A DNA stretch of 62,662 bases, filler included, from Limisphaerales bacterium (GCA_044225505.1; 3 parts of 3 records of this genome joined end to end with filler, not necessarily neighbours in it), one strand, 5' to 3'. Positions 10,054 to 20,477 are shown, numbered from the whole stretch's first letter. The notes: generated by a model from the sequence alone, not told the origin. Numbers and translations are program-made.

Positions 10054-11019
10054 TTAGAGAGCCGCAGCTGTCCGCTCAATGATCAGCTTGAGCGAGGTTC
10101 CAGGTCTGAAATCGGTCAACCTCGCAAGCTTCTCAATAATCGGTTTGCGCCGAAGCATATCTTGAAATCCCTTCGAGTACGCTTCGTCGTAGGAAGCGTA
10201 GGAAATCTTGGATTTCGAGCCCAACGTTTCGATCACGCGCGCCGCGAGTTGGCCGATCTCGATTTCTTCGGTGCTGCCGACGTTGACCACCTGTCCACGC
10301 GCTGCTGGAGCAGTTTGCAGCCGGATCAAAGCTTCCACGGTGTCCCCCACGTAACAGAAACAGCGTGTCTGCCGGCCGTCACCATAGACGCGCAACGATT
10401 CTCCCGCTTTCGCCGCAGCAATGAACCGTGGCAGGACCATTCCGTATTTTCCGGTTTGCCGGGGCCCAACCGTGTTGAAGAGTCGGGCAATTCTGACGGG
10501 CAATCCTTTCTCATGGGCATAGGCGAGAGCCAGAAACTCGTCCATGAGCTTGGAACAAGCGTAGCTCCACCTTCCCAGATGAGGTGGGCCAATGATCAGA
10601 TCGTCCTCTTCGTCAAACGCGGGTTTTAGACTCTTGCCGTAAACTTCGGAAGTCGAGGTGAGTAGGACTGGAGTTCGGTGCCGACCGGCTGACTTCAGTA
10701 GGATCTCGGTCTCGTGCAGGTTTGTCTCGATTGTTCGAATGGGAGAATGCACTACTAATTCCACTCCCACCGCGGCCGCCAGATGGTAAATGCAGCTGGA
10801 TTGGCCGACGAGGCGGTCTAAATCTGGGCACGCTGAAACCGTGGATTGGAGGATCTTGACGGCGTCGTTTCCCTGAAAAGCGCTGAGGTTTTTGAGGGAC
10901 CCTGTCGAACAATCGTCGATAACTGTCACACGACCTCCTTGCGCAACCAAGCGCTCGACCAAGTGTGAGCCGATAAAGCCAGCCCCGCCCGTTACTAGGA
11001 TCTCGTTGCGTTCGCTCAC
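10054..11019 (-). CDS. NAD-dependent nucleotide-sugar epimerase/dehydratase (extended SDR)
   Basis: VTGGAGFIGSHL, TSTSEVYG, YACSK, FNTVGPRQ, GDGRQTRCF. Confidence 0.93.
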   Translation of the reverse strand: MSERNEILVTGGAGFIGSHLVERLVAQGGRVTVIDDCSTGSLKNLSAFQGNDAVKILQSTVSACPDLDRLVGQSSCIYHLAAAVGVELVVHSPIRTIETNLHETEILLKSAGRHRTPVLLTSTSEVYGKSLKPAFDEEDDLIIGPPHLGRWSYACSKLMDEFLALAYAHEKGLPVRIARLFNTVGPRQTGKYGMVLPRFIAAAKAGESLRVYGDGRQTRCFCYVGDTVEALIRLQTAPAARGQVVNVGSTEEIEIGQLAARVIETLGSKSKISYASYDEAYSKGFQDMLRRKPIIEKLARLTDFRPGTSLKLIIERTAAAL

Positions 11020-11029
11020 GGCAGAAACA

Positions 11030-12235
11030 TTAAGGAGTTAAAGCGCTGGCAACGGCTTGGGCCAGCTTTTGTCGGTAGTCTGGGGTGCCAATCAGGCGCG
11101 CCTCGGCGGGGAGTGTGAGATACCCAGCCTCAATCAGAATCGCGGGGCGGTTTTGGGTTCGCAAAATCCCCATAAAACGCGCGCGGCGAACCCCTCGGTC
11201 TTTACGTCGGGTGCTTTCGACGAGGGTTCGCTGGAGTCGGGCCGCGAAGTAATAGTTCTCTTGATCAAAGGAGTTGTTCGGAAAGGCGTGATTCAACTCG
11301 TCTTCAAATTGCCGGGTCAGCGTCGAGGGCATGCCGACTGGGGTCAAACAATAGGTTTCGACACCGCCCTGGTCCGAATCGCCATGCGGTTGGTCGGACG
11401 AGTTGAAGTGCAGACTAATGAATAAGTCACCCTTCATCCGATCCGCGAACGCGACGCGTTCCGGAAGGGGGATTTCGATGTCGTTGGTGCGAGTGAGGTA
11501 AACTTGCCAGCCTTGAGCTTTCAAAAGGCGTTCCGTGCGAAACGCCCAGTCCAAGGTAAATTCTTTCTCGTAACGGGTTGCTACCGCGGACTTCGCGCCG
11601 TAGTTGTCTCCTCCGTGCCCAGGGTCAAGCACGACAATCCGATTGCTTCGGTCTAGCAGCGCGGGACGGTTGAACAAGGGTTCTAACGTTTTGGTGATAT
11701 CTAAAGCATGAACCGAGGGTTCGCCGTTCGTGACACGGGGAGCAAAGCCGAGGTTGAGGGTCAAGCCGTTCCAAAGTGCAGTGCGTTTTCCTCCAGTGAC
11801 TTCGAGCGTGCCTGGGCTTCCTTTTAGTTCATACGTCCAAGTTGGCAAATTCCGCACACGCACCGGTTTTCCCAATCCACGCGGTTGGCTCCATTGTTCC
11901 AGCGCGACCCAACCGTTTCCCTTGGGCGAGCCTAGGCGGATTGGACTTGGGCTCGGGCTTGGGCCTGGGGTCATTGGGCTAATCGTGGGAGAAGTCGGCG
12001 CTCGGTGTGTGTTGGTCACCTGCGGCGGAGTGAGGATAGGCGTCTGGGAAGGTGTGGGAAGGGAGGAGGGGGATGCCTGATTGGTGCGGGTGTTGCGCAG
12101 AATAGGGCTGATAAAAACACTGCTGGGATCGAACGCCGGTGTCGCATCGGATGGCGAACCGGACGGGGTGGAACAACCCATCAGGGCAATCAACGGGAGC
12201 ATTGTCCAAACGATCGGCGTCCAAAGCTTTAGCAC
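11030..12235 (-). CDS. N-acetylmuramoyl-L-alanine amidase (Amidase_3), probable lipoprotein
   Basis: LIALMGC lipobox-like; Pro/Thr linker; LDPGHGG, EK, SLHFN, ILIEAGYL zinc motifs. Confidence 0.9.
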   Translation of the reverse strand: MLKLWTPIVWTMLPLIALMGCSTPSGSPSDATPAFDPSSVFISPILRNTRTNQASPSSLPTPSQTPILTPPQVTNTHRAPTSPTISPMTPGPSPSPSPIRLGSPKGNGWVALEQWSQPRGLGKPVRVRNLPTWTYELKGSPGTLEVTGGKRTALWNGLTLNLGFAPRVTNGEPSVHALDITKTLEPLFNRPALLDRSNRIVVLDPGHGGDNYGAKSAVATRYEKEFTLDWAFRTERLLKAQGWQVYLTRTNDIEIPLPERVAFADRMKGDLFISLHFNSSDQPHGDSDQGGVETYCLTPVGMPSTLTRQFEDELNHAFPNNSFDQENYYFAARLQRTLVESTRRKDRGVRRARFMGILRTQNRPAILIEAGYLTLPAEARLIGTPDYRQKLAQAVASALTP

Positions 12236-12403
12236 GCCCGCATTGTGGGCAAGTCGAGGCGCATCACAAGTCGGATTGTGATTCGAGCTAGTCAGAATTT
12301 TGAACCTCGCGCAGGGAGTTCAATCGATCTTGCTGAAATCGGCTTTGACCGTCATATTCCGGCTCATGACGGGGACGAGTCGTCGACAGGAAGGACTGGA
12401 GAT

Positions 12404-12928
12404 TTGAGGATCGTGGTTGCGATAACCGGCGCGAGCGGGATCGTGTACGCTCAACGCCTTTTGGATAATCTTGATCCACGTGAGCACGAGGTACACCTGG
12501 TGATGAGCCAGTATGCCCAGACGGTGATCGGGCAGGAACTAGACGGAGGGCTTTGCCTGCACCCAGGCGTGGTCTCACACAGTCTTAAGAGCATGAACGC
12601 TCCCTTCGCCAGCGGCTCGAATGCCTTCGATGCCATGGTGGTAATCCCTTGCACCATGGGCACGATCGGCCGAATTGCTCATGGGATGATGTTGAAGGAA
12701 CGCCGAAAACTCATCCTGGTGCCCCGGGAAACTCCGCTCAATCTAATTCACGTTAAGAACTTTGAGATTCTTCTCCTCGCGGGGGCCATTGTTCTACCGG
12801 CCAACCCCTGTTTCTATAGCGGACCACAAACCATTGTGGAGTTAGCGGATACGGTGGTGGCGCGAGTCCTGGATCACCTGAATGTCGGCCACGAACTGAT
12901 GCCGCGCTGGCAGGAGGAAAAAGAGTGA
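12404..12928 (+). CDS. ubiX: UbiX-family flavin prenyltransferase with an apparent in-frame internal deletion
   Basis: RIVVAITGASG, APFASGS, PCTMGT, LKERRKLILVPRETP; TTG start after GGAGA; the usual D-x-L-x-x-RAADV segment is absent. Confidence 0.88.
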   Translation: MRIVVAITGASGIVYAQRLLDNLDPREHEVHLVMSQYAQTVIGQELDGGLCLHPGVVSHSLKSMNAPFASGSNAFDAMVVIPCTMGTIGRIAHGMMLKERRKLILVPRETPLNLIHVKNFEILLLAGAIVLPANPCFYSGPQTIVELADTVVARVLDHLNVGHELMPRWQEEKE

Positions 12929-13959
12929 CGAAAGGCACGCTGGCTCGGATCGCGGTCAAGCAGTTGCTGAAACTCGCTGACGGCCGGTTGGCTTCCGCGC
13001 CAGGCTCCTCACGCGCGAGACCTCCAGAACGAGTCCCTGCTTTGCCTTCCAAACCGGCGTCTCCGGTTCGGAAATACGCAGAGTTCGTCAAACTCTCCCA
13101 CACCGTCTTTGCGTTGCCGTTCGCGCTGGCGTCTATGGCAGTGGCGGCGCGTTCTGGCCAGGGTTGGCCAGGGTGGAGGGTGTTTGGCTTGATTCTGCTC
13201 GCAATGGTGACGGCTCGGACCTGCGCCATGTCGTTCAATCGTATTGTCGATCGCAAGTTCGATAAGGAGAATCCGAGAACGGCGACACGCCACTTGCCGA
13301 CCGGTCAAGTGACGTTGTGGGAGGCCTGGGGATTATGCCTCGGCAGCGCCGCAGCATTTCTGGCGACTACTTACTTTATTAATTCTCTCTGCTTTTACCT
13401 GGCACCTGTCGCATTGGTCCTGGTCTGTTTTTACTCGCTGACCAAACGCTTCACGGATTTCACCCACGTCTATTTGGGGGTGGCGTTAGCGCTCGCACCG
13501 ATCGGTGCATGGTTAGCGGTTCGAGGTGGATTCCAATGGACTCCGGTGCAGGCGAGTGCGGCCTTGCCGATCCTGCTCGCTCTGGCAGTTGTGCTTTGGT
13601 TGGTCGGTTTTGATATCATCTACGCGATTCAAGATTACGAGTTTGACCGGGCTCACGGGCTGCATTCGCTTGTCGTCCGATGGGGACCGCAGAACGCGCT
13701 AGGCGTGGCTTTTCTCTCGCACCTCGCGATGTGGGTATTGCTGGCCGTATTCGGCCTGCTTTGCCGATTCGGACTTCCTTACTTGATCGGCCTATTCATT
13801 ATCCTGGCTAGTTTGGTCTTAGAGCATTGGCTGGCCCGTAAGCGCAGCCTTAAGTGGATTGGAGTCGCTTTTTTCCGCCTCAACGCTTTTATTAGTATCG
13901 TCTTTTTGGTGGTGACTCTCGCGGAGGTTGTATTCCCGCGCTTTACATTGATTCGATGA
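12925..13959 (+). CDS. mqnP: UbiA-family prenyltransferase (futalosine-pathway MqnP-like)
   Basis: HTVFALPFA, ARTCAMSFNRIVDRKFDKENPRT, GFDIIYAIQDYEFD; many TM helices; coupled to ubiX and mqnE. Confidence 0.88.
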   Translation: MTKGTLARIAVKQLLKLADGRLASAPGSSRARPPERVPALPSKPASPVRKYAEFVKLSHTVFALPFALASMAVAARSGQGWPGWRVFGLILLAMVTARTCAMSFNRIVDRKFDKENPRTATRHLPTGQVTLWEAWGLCLGSAAAFLATTYFINSLCFYLAPVALVLVCFYSLTKRFTDFTHVYLGVALALAPIGAWLAVRGGFQWTPVQASAALPILLALAVVLWLVGFDIIYAIQDYEFDRAHGLHSLVVRWGPQNALGVAFLSHLAMWVLLAVFGLLCRFGLPYLIGLFIILASLVLEHWLARKRSLKWIGVAFFRLNAFISIVFLVVTLAEVVFPRFTLIR

Positions 13960-15122
13960 ACTTCTCGGTCCGACATAGCGAGTTCGCTGACATTTATGAG
14001 CGAGTGGAAGCGGGTGAACGCATTTCTGAGGCAGACGCCTTGCGCCTGTTCCAGAGTAAAGACCTGAATGCCATTGGCGCTATCGCAGATTTCGCGCGGC
14101 TCCGTAAAGTTGGCCCGCGAGCGAGTTATATCATTAATCGCTACATCAACTATTCCAACTACTGCATCCTAAGCTGCCAGTTCTGTGCCTTTGCTCGAAA
14201 AAAGCGGGATGCGGATGGATTTCAGTTGAGCGTCGAAGAAATCGTGCACGAAGCGAAGACGGCTCTCGCGCTCGGCATTACGGAACTTCATATCGTCGGT
14301 GGTTTGCACCCAAACCTTCCGTTTTCATTTTATGTGGAGATGCTACAGGCGTTGCGCGCGTTGGACCCGAGATTGCAGATCAAAGGCTTTACCGCGATCG
14401 AAATCCTTCATCTGGCCTGGCTTTCCAAAAAGTCCATCGAAGGGACTTTGCAGGCACTCCGTGACGCTGGGCTCGACGCTTTGACGGGCGGTGGGGCGGA
14501 GATTTTTCGCAAGTCTGTGCGAGCGGAAATTGCCCGAGGAAAAGAATCTGCCGAGGAGTACCTCAATGTCCACCGAATCTGGCATCGGATGGGCGGGCGC
14601 AGCACGTGCACTATGTTGTACGGACATATCGAGTCCTTGGAAGATCGCGTCGACCATCTCCGCCAGCTTCGCGCGCTTCAGGACGAAACTCATGGATTCA
14701 CTGGGTTTGTCCCTTTGCCGTATCAGCCGGAGAACAATCGCATCCCGGTTCCACATCCGCCGACCGGTTTCGATGCACTGCGTACGATGGCGATCAGCCG
14801 AATTTACTTGGACAACTTTAATCATCTGACGGCCTACTGGGTGGGAATGGGATTGAAGCTCGCCCAGGTCGCGCTTAGCTATGGCGCCGATGATTTGCAC
14901 GGGACCGTTCTGGAAGAACGAATATTTCACATGGCGGGCGCACAGTCCCCGCAGGCGCAGACGGAAGCAGAGATGATTAAGGCAATTCGCGAGGCAGGTC
15001 GAGTGCCCGTTCAACGAAATACTTTTTATGAACCCATCCGCGTGTGGGATGGGCCCACGCCGCATTCGCCGCCCGCGCCATCCTCGAATCAGTCTCCGGC
15101 CGAGAATTTGGTATCCGTCTAA
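13956..15122 (+). CDS. mqnE: Aminofutalosine synthase MqnE (CofH-like radical SAM)
   Basis: CILSCQFCAF, GGGAEIF, TMLYGHIE, TAYW, YGADDLHGT, EERIFHMAGA. Confidence 0.88.
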   Translation: MNFSVRHSEFADIYERVEAGERISEADALRLFQSKDLNAIGAIADFARLRKVGPRASYIINRYINYSNYCILSCQFCAFARKKRDADGFQLSVEEIVHEAKTALALGITELHIVGGLHPNLPFSFYVEMLQALRALDPRLQIKGFTAIEILHLAWLSKKSIEGTLQALRDAGLDALTGGGAEIFRKSVRAEIARGKESAEEYLNVHRIWHRMGGRSTCTMLYGHIESLEDRVDHLRQLRALQDETHGFTGFVPLPYQPENNRIPVPHPPTGFDALRTMAISRIYLDNFNHLTAYWVGMGLKLAQVALSYGADDLHGTVLEERIFHMAGAQSPQAQTEAEMIKAIREAGRVPVQRNTFYEPIRVWDGPTPHSPPAPSSNQSPAENLVSV

Positions 15123-15904
15123 TGGGCTTGGAATCCATCACAGTCGCTCCATTCCGTGTTGGTTCGGTGCCTTACCTGAACGCGGCACCCCTCACACGTG
15201 GTATCGAAAAGGAAATCGTTTTAGCTCCGCCATCAGAGCTGGCCAAGCGTCTGGCTCGTGGCGAGCTGGATGCAGCCTTGGTGAGCATCACGGCCGTTCT
15301 TCTTGAGAACGCGTATGATGTGTTGGACGAAGTGGCAATCGCATCGCTCGGTGAAGTGAAGAGCGTGCTGTTGGCGCATCGCCGGCCACTTTCGGAAGCT
15401 GACGTGATTTATTGCGATACCGCGTCGCTAACCAGCGTCCAATTACTCCGTGTGCTCCTAGCCGAGCGGGGGATGAAGCCTGAGTTTCAACCGCTTGCTC
15501 GATATGGTCCACCCAGCGAAATGCCAGATTTTGTGCTGCTGATTGGCGATCCAGCTCTCGACTTCTTGCATGTCTCGACAGAACACCAGATCCTCGATTT
15601 GGGGGCGAGTTGGTTTGAGTTGACTCAGTTGCCATTCGTCTATGCTGTCTGGGCGCTCCGACGCGGAATTGACACGAGCCCGTTGCGGCGTGTCCTGCGC
15701 GAAACCAAGACTTTCGGGATGGAAACTCTCGACGAAATCGTCCGGACCCGCCCCGAATATACCTACGCATTTCGAAAAGACTACCTGGGTTGGCACATCC
15801 ACTTTCATCTGGGCGACGATGAGAAACGCGGGGTCGCTCGGTTTGCGGAATTGATGCGACGGCACACTGGGCAAACCGTTTACGATCCGGTTTGGGTCCG
15901 CTGA
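15122..15904 (+). CDS. mqnA: Chorismate dehydratase MqnA
   Basis: GSVPYLNAAPL, GEVKSVLL, SLTSV, LLIGDPAL, DLG..W...TQLPFVYAVW. Confidence 0.92.
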   Translation: MGLESITVAPFRVGSVPYLNAAPLTRGIEKEIVLAPPSELAKRLARGELDAALVSITAVLLENAYDVLDEVAIASLGEVKSVLLAHRRPLSEADVIYCDTASLTSVQLLRVLLAERGMKPEFQPLARYGPPSEMPDFVLLIGDPALDFLHVSTEHQILDLGASWFELTQLPFVYAVWALRRGIDTSPLRRVLRETKTFGMETLDEIVRTRPEYTYAFRKDYLGWHIHFHLGDDEKRGVARFAELMRRHTGQTVYDPVWVR

Positions 15905-16133
15905 GAGAATGCCATGATCCAAGTTCCGCTTGAATTACGCATGTAACAGTGTTGAACGCGGCAGTTTATCATGGGACGACGAGATCGAGAAAACGGCCAG
16001 CGGCCTAAAGAATTTGACCTGTGTCATTTCAAACCGGTCTTGACCTTGGGTAAAATACATCTAAATGAATGCCATCCCTTTTTGGAAAGTCTGAATTGGA
16101 AACTGACCAAAGGCCGGTGTGAATTTCGAATTT

Positions 16134-17498
16134 ATGAATAAAGTATCCGTCCTCCTATCCCGCAAAGTCCTGGGCGTTCTGGGCCTCGGACTAAGCCTCA
16201 TGGCAGCGTCCGCGCAGGCTCCAAAGCGGGTTTTAGTGGTGACTGCCACTCAAGGTTTCCGGCACAGCTCGATTCCCATTGCCGAAAAGACTCTGGCCGA
16301 ATTGGGCGAAAAGAGCCACGCCTTCACCGTGGACTATGTTCGCGGAGGGAAAGACGGCAAAGAGGATGGGGATGTAAAAGAAAAAATGAACGCAGACGCT
16401 CTCAAAGCGTACGATGCGGTCGTCTTTGCGAATACGACAGGCGATTTGCCTATTCCAGACAAAGACGCCTTCATGGAATGGATCAAGGCTGGGCATGGAT
16501 TCGTCGGTATGCATTCTGCCACCGACACGTTTCACGGATATAAACCGTACCTGGACATGATCGGAGGCGAGTTTCTCACGCATGGCGCCCAGGTTTGTGT
16601 CGATTGCATCAATCAAGACCGGCGGAACCCTGCCACGCGGCATTTGAAGGGTATCTGGACGATCTTTGACGAGATTTACGTGTTGAAAAACTTTGATCGA
16701 AAAGGCGTCCACGGGCTTCTCACCTTGGACAAACATCCCAATACGGGCGTTCCGGGAGATTACCCGATTGCCTGGACGAAGAGCGTCGGGCAAGGGCGGT
16801 TGTTCTACACTTCTCTCGGGCACCGGGAAGACGTTTGGGAAAACCCGGTCTACCAAAAGCACATTCTCGAAGGCGTTCGCTGGGCGCTGGGTTTAGTGGA
16901 AGGAGATGCCGTTCCCCAAAGCACTGAAGCCAAACTGACTCAAGCTGAGGTCCAGGCAGGATTTAAGATGCTCTTCAACGGCATGGATCTGTCAGGCTGG
17001 AAACTCCGTCACGAAGGGGGGCGCAGTAGTTGGAACGTCCAGAACGGGATGCTGGTTAACGTCGTGACGCCGGACCAGCACGGATCGGATCTTGTCTCGG
17101 AACAGAAATTCAAGGACTTTACGGTACGTTACGAGTATATGATTCCCAAGGGGGCAAACAGCGGATTTTACCTGCGTGGTCGTTATGAAGTCCAAATTCT
17201 CGACGATTTTCTAACCGACAAGGCCGAACCGAACGGCAACGGAGCGCTCTACAACTTCAAAGCGCCGCTGCAAATGGCCTCGCGCGCACCGGGCGAGTGG
17301 CAGCAGGTGGAGGCGACCCTGCGAGGGGATAAAGTCACCGTGACGCTTAATGGAGTTAAGATCCATGACGAAGTGAAGATCGATCGCGCGACGGGAGGAG
17401 AATTGGATTCCAATCTGAATGATTCCGGTCCGATCCTCTTGCAAGGGGATCATGGTTCCGTCGCGTTCCGTCGCATTCGGATCAAGACTTTGGATTAA
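16134..17498 (+). CDS. Secreted ThuA-like plus DUF1080 (3-keto-disaccharide hydrolase-like) fusion
   Basis: Signal peptide; GFRHSSI, GFVGMHSATDT, YTSLGHRED (ThuA); LFNGMDLSGW, NSGFYLRG, ILLQGDHG-x-VAFRRI (DUF1080). Confidence 0.9.
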   Translation: MNKVSVLLSRKVLGVLGLGLSLMAASAQAPKRVLVVTATQGFRHSSIPIAEKTLAELGEKSHAFTVDYVRGGKDGKEDGDVKEKMNADALKAYDAVVFANTTGDLPIPDKDAFMEWIKAGHGFVGMHSATDTFHGYKPYLDMIGGEFLTHGAQVCVDCINQDRRNPATRHLKGIWTIFDEIYVLKNFDRKGVHGLLTLDKHPNTGVPGDYPIAWTKSVGQGRLFYTSLGHREDVWENPVYQKHILEGVRWALGLVEGDAVPQSTEAKLTQAEVQAGFKMLFNGMDLSGWKLRHEGGRSSWNVQNGMLVNVVTPDQHGSDLVSEQKFKDFTVRYEYMIPKGANSGFYLRGRYEVQILDDFLTDKAEPNGNGALYNFKAPLQMASRAPGEWQQVEATLRGDKVTVTLNGVKIHDEVKIDRATGGELDSNLNDSGPILLQGDHGSVAFRRIRIKTLD

Positions 17499-17605
17499 GC
17501 TCGTGACTGAAACGAAGTGTTGTTAAAGCACCAAAACTGGGGTAGAGGTAACTCTCACAGCCTGCCTCGCCCGCACAAAAACGAGGCGCATATTGCGCAA
17601 GAGAC

Positions 17606-18967
17606 ATGAACAGAACCACGGAAAACGCAGATTTTAACCGGCGCGACTTCATTAAAGGCGGTTCCTTGGCCACCTTAATGACTTTCCTGGGTGGCGTCGA
17701 GATCACCGCCCAAACGGAAGCGAAAGCAGAGGTCGCGAAAGCTGACGACGACCGTCCCAAGGTGAAGTGCGCGGTGATTGGCTTTGGGAATTGGGGCCGT
17801 GAAATCGTTGCCACGTTGTCGCGATTGCCTCAGGCCCAAGTCGCGGCCGTTTGTGATAATTATGACGCAACTCTGAAACGGGCAGCGAAATCCGCGCCTG
17901 GTGCAGCGACACAGAAGGATTATCGCCGCATCTTGGATGACAAAGAAATCCAAGCGGTCTGCATTGCGACGCCGTCGCATCAGCATCGCGAAGTGGCCAT
18001 CGCGGCACTGCAAGCGGGGAAGCACGTCTACTGCGAGGCGCCGCTTGCGACGACGATCGAGGATGCGCGGGCGATTGCTAAGGCGGCCAAAGCGGCCCCG
18101 CGGCAGGTTTTTCAGTCTGGCTTGCTTTATCGTTCGGACCCTCAAAGGCATTTCCTTTTGCCCTTTATTCGAGCGGGCGCCTTGGGCAAGACGGTCATGG
18201 CGCGGGCGCAATGGCATAAGAAGCAGAGTTGGCGCGGGACGTCCCCGAACCCGGCCCGGGAGCTGGAGATGAATTGGCGATTAAACAACGACACGTCCGC
18301 CGGTTTGCTCGGAGAGTTTGGAATTCATCAAATCGATTCCGCGGCCTGGTTTTTGGGAGCTCGGCCTTTGTCGGTTACCGGTTTCGGATCGGTCTTGTTC
18401 TGGAAGGATGGCCGCCAAGTCGCGGACACTGTGCAAGCGGTGTTCGAATTCCCTGAAGGTGTGAATCTGATTTACGATGCCAGTTTGGCGAATTCATTCG
18501 ATTCCGAATATGAGATGTATTACGGAAGTGACGCCGCCGTGATGCTTAGGGAAGGCAAAGCGTGGATGTTCAAGGAAGTGGACGCCCCCTTGCTCGGTTG
18601 GGAGGTCTACGCCAACAAGGATAGTTTCTATAAGGAGACGGGCATCGCTCTGAGCGCCAACGCTACTAAGCTAAACAAAGGTGGAGGCAAGCCTGGAGAA
18701 GCGGATGGGCCTACTCCGCTGTTTTCAGCATTGGACGCTTTTGTGACTAACGCCAATGAAATTGGCGCTGCCGTGGAGGATTTCAAGGCCAGCTACGACA
18801 TCAATGATGTCAAAGCTCTTAAGGAGTACTTGGCAAACATCAAGAAGCAGCCCGGTGCTGGATATCAAGAAGGTTTGGACGCGGCCATCATCGCCATCAA
18901 AGCCAACGAGGCGATCATGAAAGGACAGAAAGTGAGCCTGAGCAAGGATCTGTTCGAAGCGGCGTAA
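17606..18967 (+). CDS. Gfo/Idh/MocA oxidoreductase, Tat-exported
   Basis: NRRDFIKGG Tat motif; IGFGNWG; TPSHQH; HVYCEAP; GEFGIHQID. Confidence 0.9.
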   Translation: MNRTTENADFNRRDFIKGGSLATLMTFLGGVEITAQTEAKAEVAKADDDRPKVKCAVIGFGNWGREIVATLSRLPQAQVAAVCDNYDATLKRAAKSAPGAATQKDYRRILDDKEIQAVCIATPSHQHREVAIAALQAGKHVYCEAPLATTIEDARAIAKAAKAAPRQVFQSGLLYRSDPQRHFLLPFIRAGALGKTVMARAQWHKKQSWRGTSPNPARELEMNWRLNNDTSAGLLGEFGIHQIDSAAWFLGARPLSVTGFGSVLFWKDGRQVADTVQAVFEFPEGVNLIYDASLANSFDSEYEMYYGSDAAVMLREGKAWMFKEVDAPLLGWEVYANKDSFYKETGIALSANATKLNKGGGKPGEADGPTPLFSALDAFVTNANEIGAAVEDFKASYDINDVKALKEYLANIKKQPGAGYQEGLDAAIIAIKANEAIMKGQKVSLSKDLFEAA

Positions 18968-19107
18968 TCGATGGTTTGTCGCCAAACAGCCGCATGCAAT
19001 TGGACCTCAGGCCTTTTGAATCACGATGGCATGGGATCAGTCCAATCTGTAGCTGCGACTGAATCAATAACTCGGTAACTGAACTAAGTCAAAGTCCCAT
19101 TAAAGTC

Positions 19108-19752
19108 ATGAAAACGCCCATCCTCCTGTCCCAACGCGCCGCCCTGAGCCTCGTCGTGCTCCTCGGCGTTGCTTCCCTGCGCGCCGCTGACACCGTCAAG
19201 TACATGGCGCAGCCTGGCAGCGAAGTTAAAATCGACGGAACCTCCAATATCCATGATTGGACGGTCAAAGGACAGATCATCTCCGGCAGCATGGAGGTGA
19301 GCTCCGCCTTCGACAAAGATCTCAAGACGGTGACGCCCGCGCCCAAGGTCGATGTCACGATTCCCGTGCGCTCGCTCAAGAGCGGCAATAAGAAAATGGA
19401 CGAAGTGATGCAGGAACACATGAAGATGAAGGAGAATCCGTCCATCAAATACCAGATAACCAGCCTGACCCTGAAAGCAGAGCCTAAATCTCCCAATGGT
19501 CCTGGCGAGTACGTCAGCACAGGAGACCTGACCATTTCTGGAACGAAGAAGGCGATTGAAATGCCCGTGACGATTGAGCGCGTTGACGGCGGTAAGCTCA
19601 AGATCAAAGGCTCCGTTCCGATCAAAATGACTGACTACGGAATCAAGCCTCCGGCCCCGGCGTTGGCCATGGGACTGATCAAGACCGGTGACGAAGTTAA
19701 AGTCGCAATCGAATGGGTGGTTGCTCCCGCCGCTGAGGCCGCGCAAAAATAG
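19108..19752 (+). CDS. YceI-like (polyisoprenoid-binding) periplasmic protein
   Basis: Signal peptide; IDGTSNIHDW, IPVRSLKSG, GDLTISG, MTDYGIKPP. Confidence 0.88.
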   Translation: MKTPILLSQRAALSLVVLLGVASLRAADTVKYMAQPGSEVKIDGTSNIHDWTVKGQIISGSMEVSSAFDKDLKTVTPAPKVDVTIPVRSLKSGNKKMDEVMQEHMKMKENPSIKYQITSLTLKAEPKSPNGPGEYVSTGDLTISGTKKAIEMPVTIERVDGGKLKIKGSVPIKMTDYGIKPPAPALAMGLIKTGDEVKVAIEWVVAPAAEAAQK

Positions 19753-19794
19753 TTCGTCCAGAGTTCGGCCGTCGGTCGGCCTTGTGGATCTACA

Positions 19795-19832
19795 CTCCCT
19801 CTGGTGTTTTCAAGCCAGGGGGAGTTTCATTT
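19795..19832 (+). terminator. Probable intrinsic terminator
   Basis: CTCCCTCTGG...CCAGGGGGAG hairpin followed by TTTCATTT. Confidence 0.55.
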
Positions 19833-19973
19833 ACGGGGAGCTCTGGTTCCGAAGCACCTTTTGCGACAGAGTAACCTCGGTCCTTCCGGTCACTTTGCCG
19901 TCAGATCTACCTGATCTCACTCAGGGACGTCGCCGCGCCCGGAACCTGCGCGCGAACTCAGCGAATCGACACT

Positions 19974-20477
19974 TTAGAGGAGCTTTATTTCACCCCAAAG
20001 CGGTTCAAGATCAGGATCGGCAACCGCCATCCGCTTAATGTGGTTTTTCCCCCCGATTCGGACTGCGCATTGCAGCCAGCGTCGTGCGGAGTCGAGGTGA
20101 TGTAGTTGGCAAGCGTAGCAAGCGAGATTGTAGGGGATGGTCGGCTCCTCTGGAAATTTTTCGTACGCCGGTAACAATGCGTCCCAAGCGGCTTGCAAGC
20201 CGCCGCCAGGAGCGCGGCGCAGAGCGTAAGCGCGATGCAACCAGCCACTGGATTGTTCGGCGGCGGATCGGACAAGACACTCCGCAGCTTTTAGCGCTTC
20301 TGACCAATTCTTTTCCGCCGCATAGATAGCCCACGCGACTTCCAAAGTGCCCGGATGTTCAGCGAACGTTGGAGAGACCCTGGCCAGTTCTGCCTTCGCT
20401 TCCTGTGGATTCCCCAGTTCCATCCAACCTATCGCCGCGGAGAGGTAATGGGTGTCAGGCGGACCGAGTGTTTCCAT
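19974..20477 (-). CDS. TPR-repeat protein
   Basis: AAIGWMELG, WLHRAYALRR, IPYNLACYACQL, MAVADPDLEPLW. Confidence 0.8.
   Translation of the reverse strand: METLGPPDTHYLSAAIGWMELGNPQEAKAELARVSPTFAEHPGTLEVAWAIYAAEKNWSEALKAAECLVRSAAEQSSGWLHRAYALRRAPGGGLQAAWDALLPAYEKFPEEPTIPYNLACYACQLHHLDSARRWLQCAVRIGGKNHIKRMAVADPDLEPLWGEIKLL

Noticed and set aside
13956..15122. MqnC or CofH assignment
   Set aside because: The AYW, GADDLHGT and EERIFHMAGA motifs and the mqnA context fit MqnE better.
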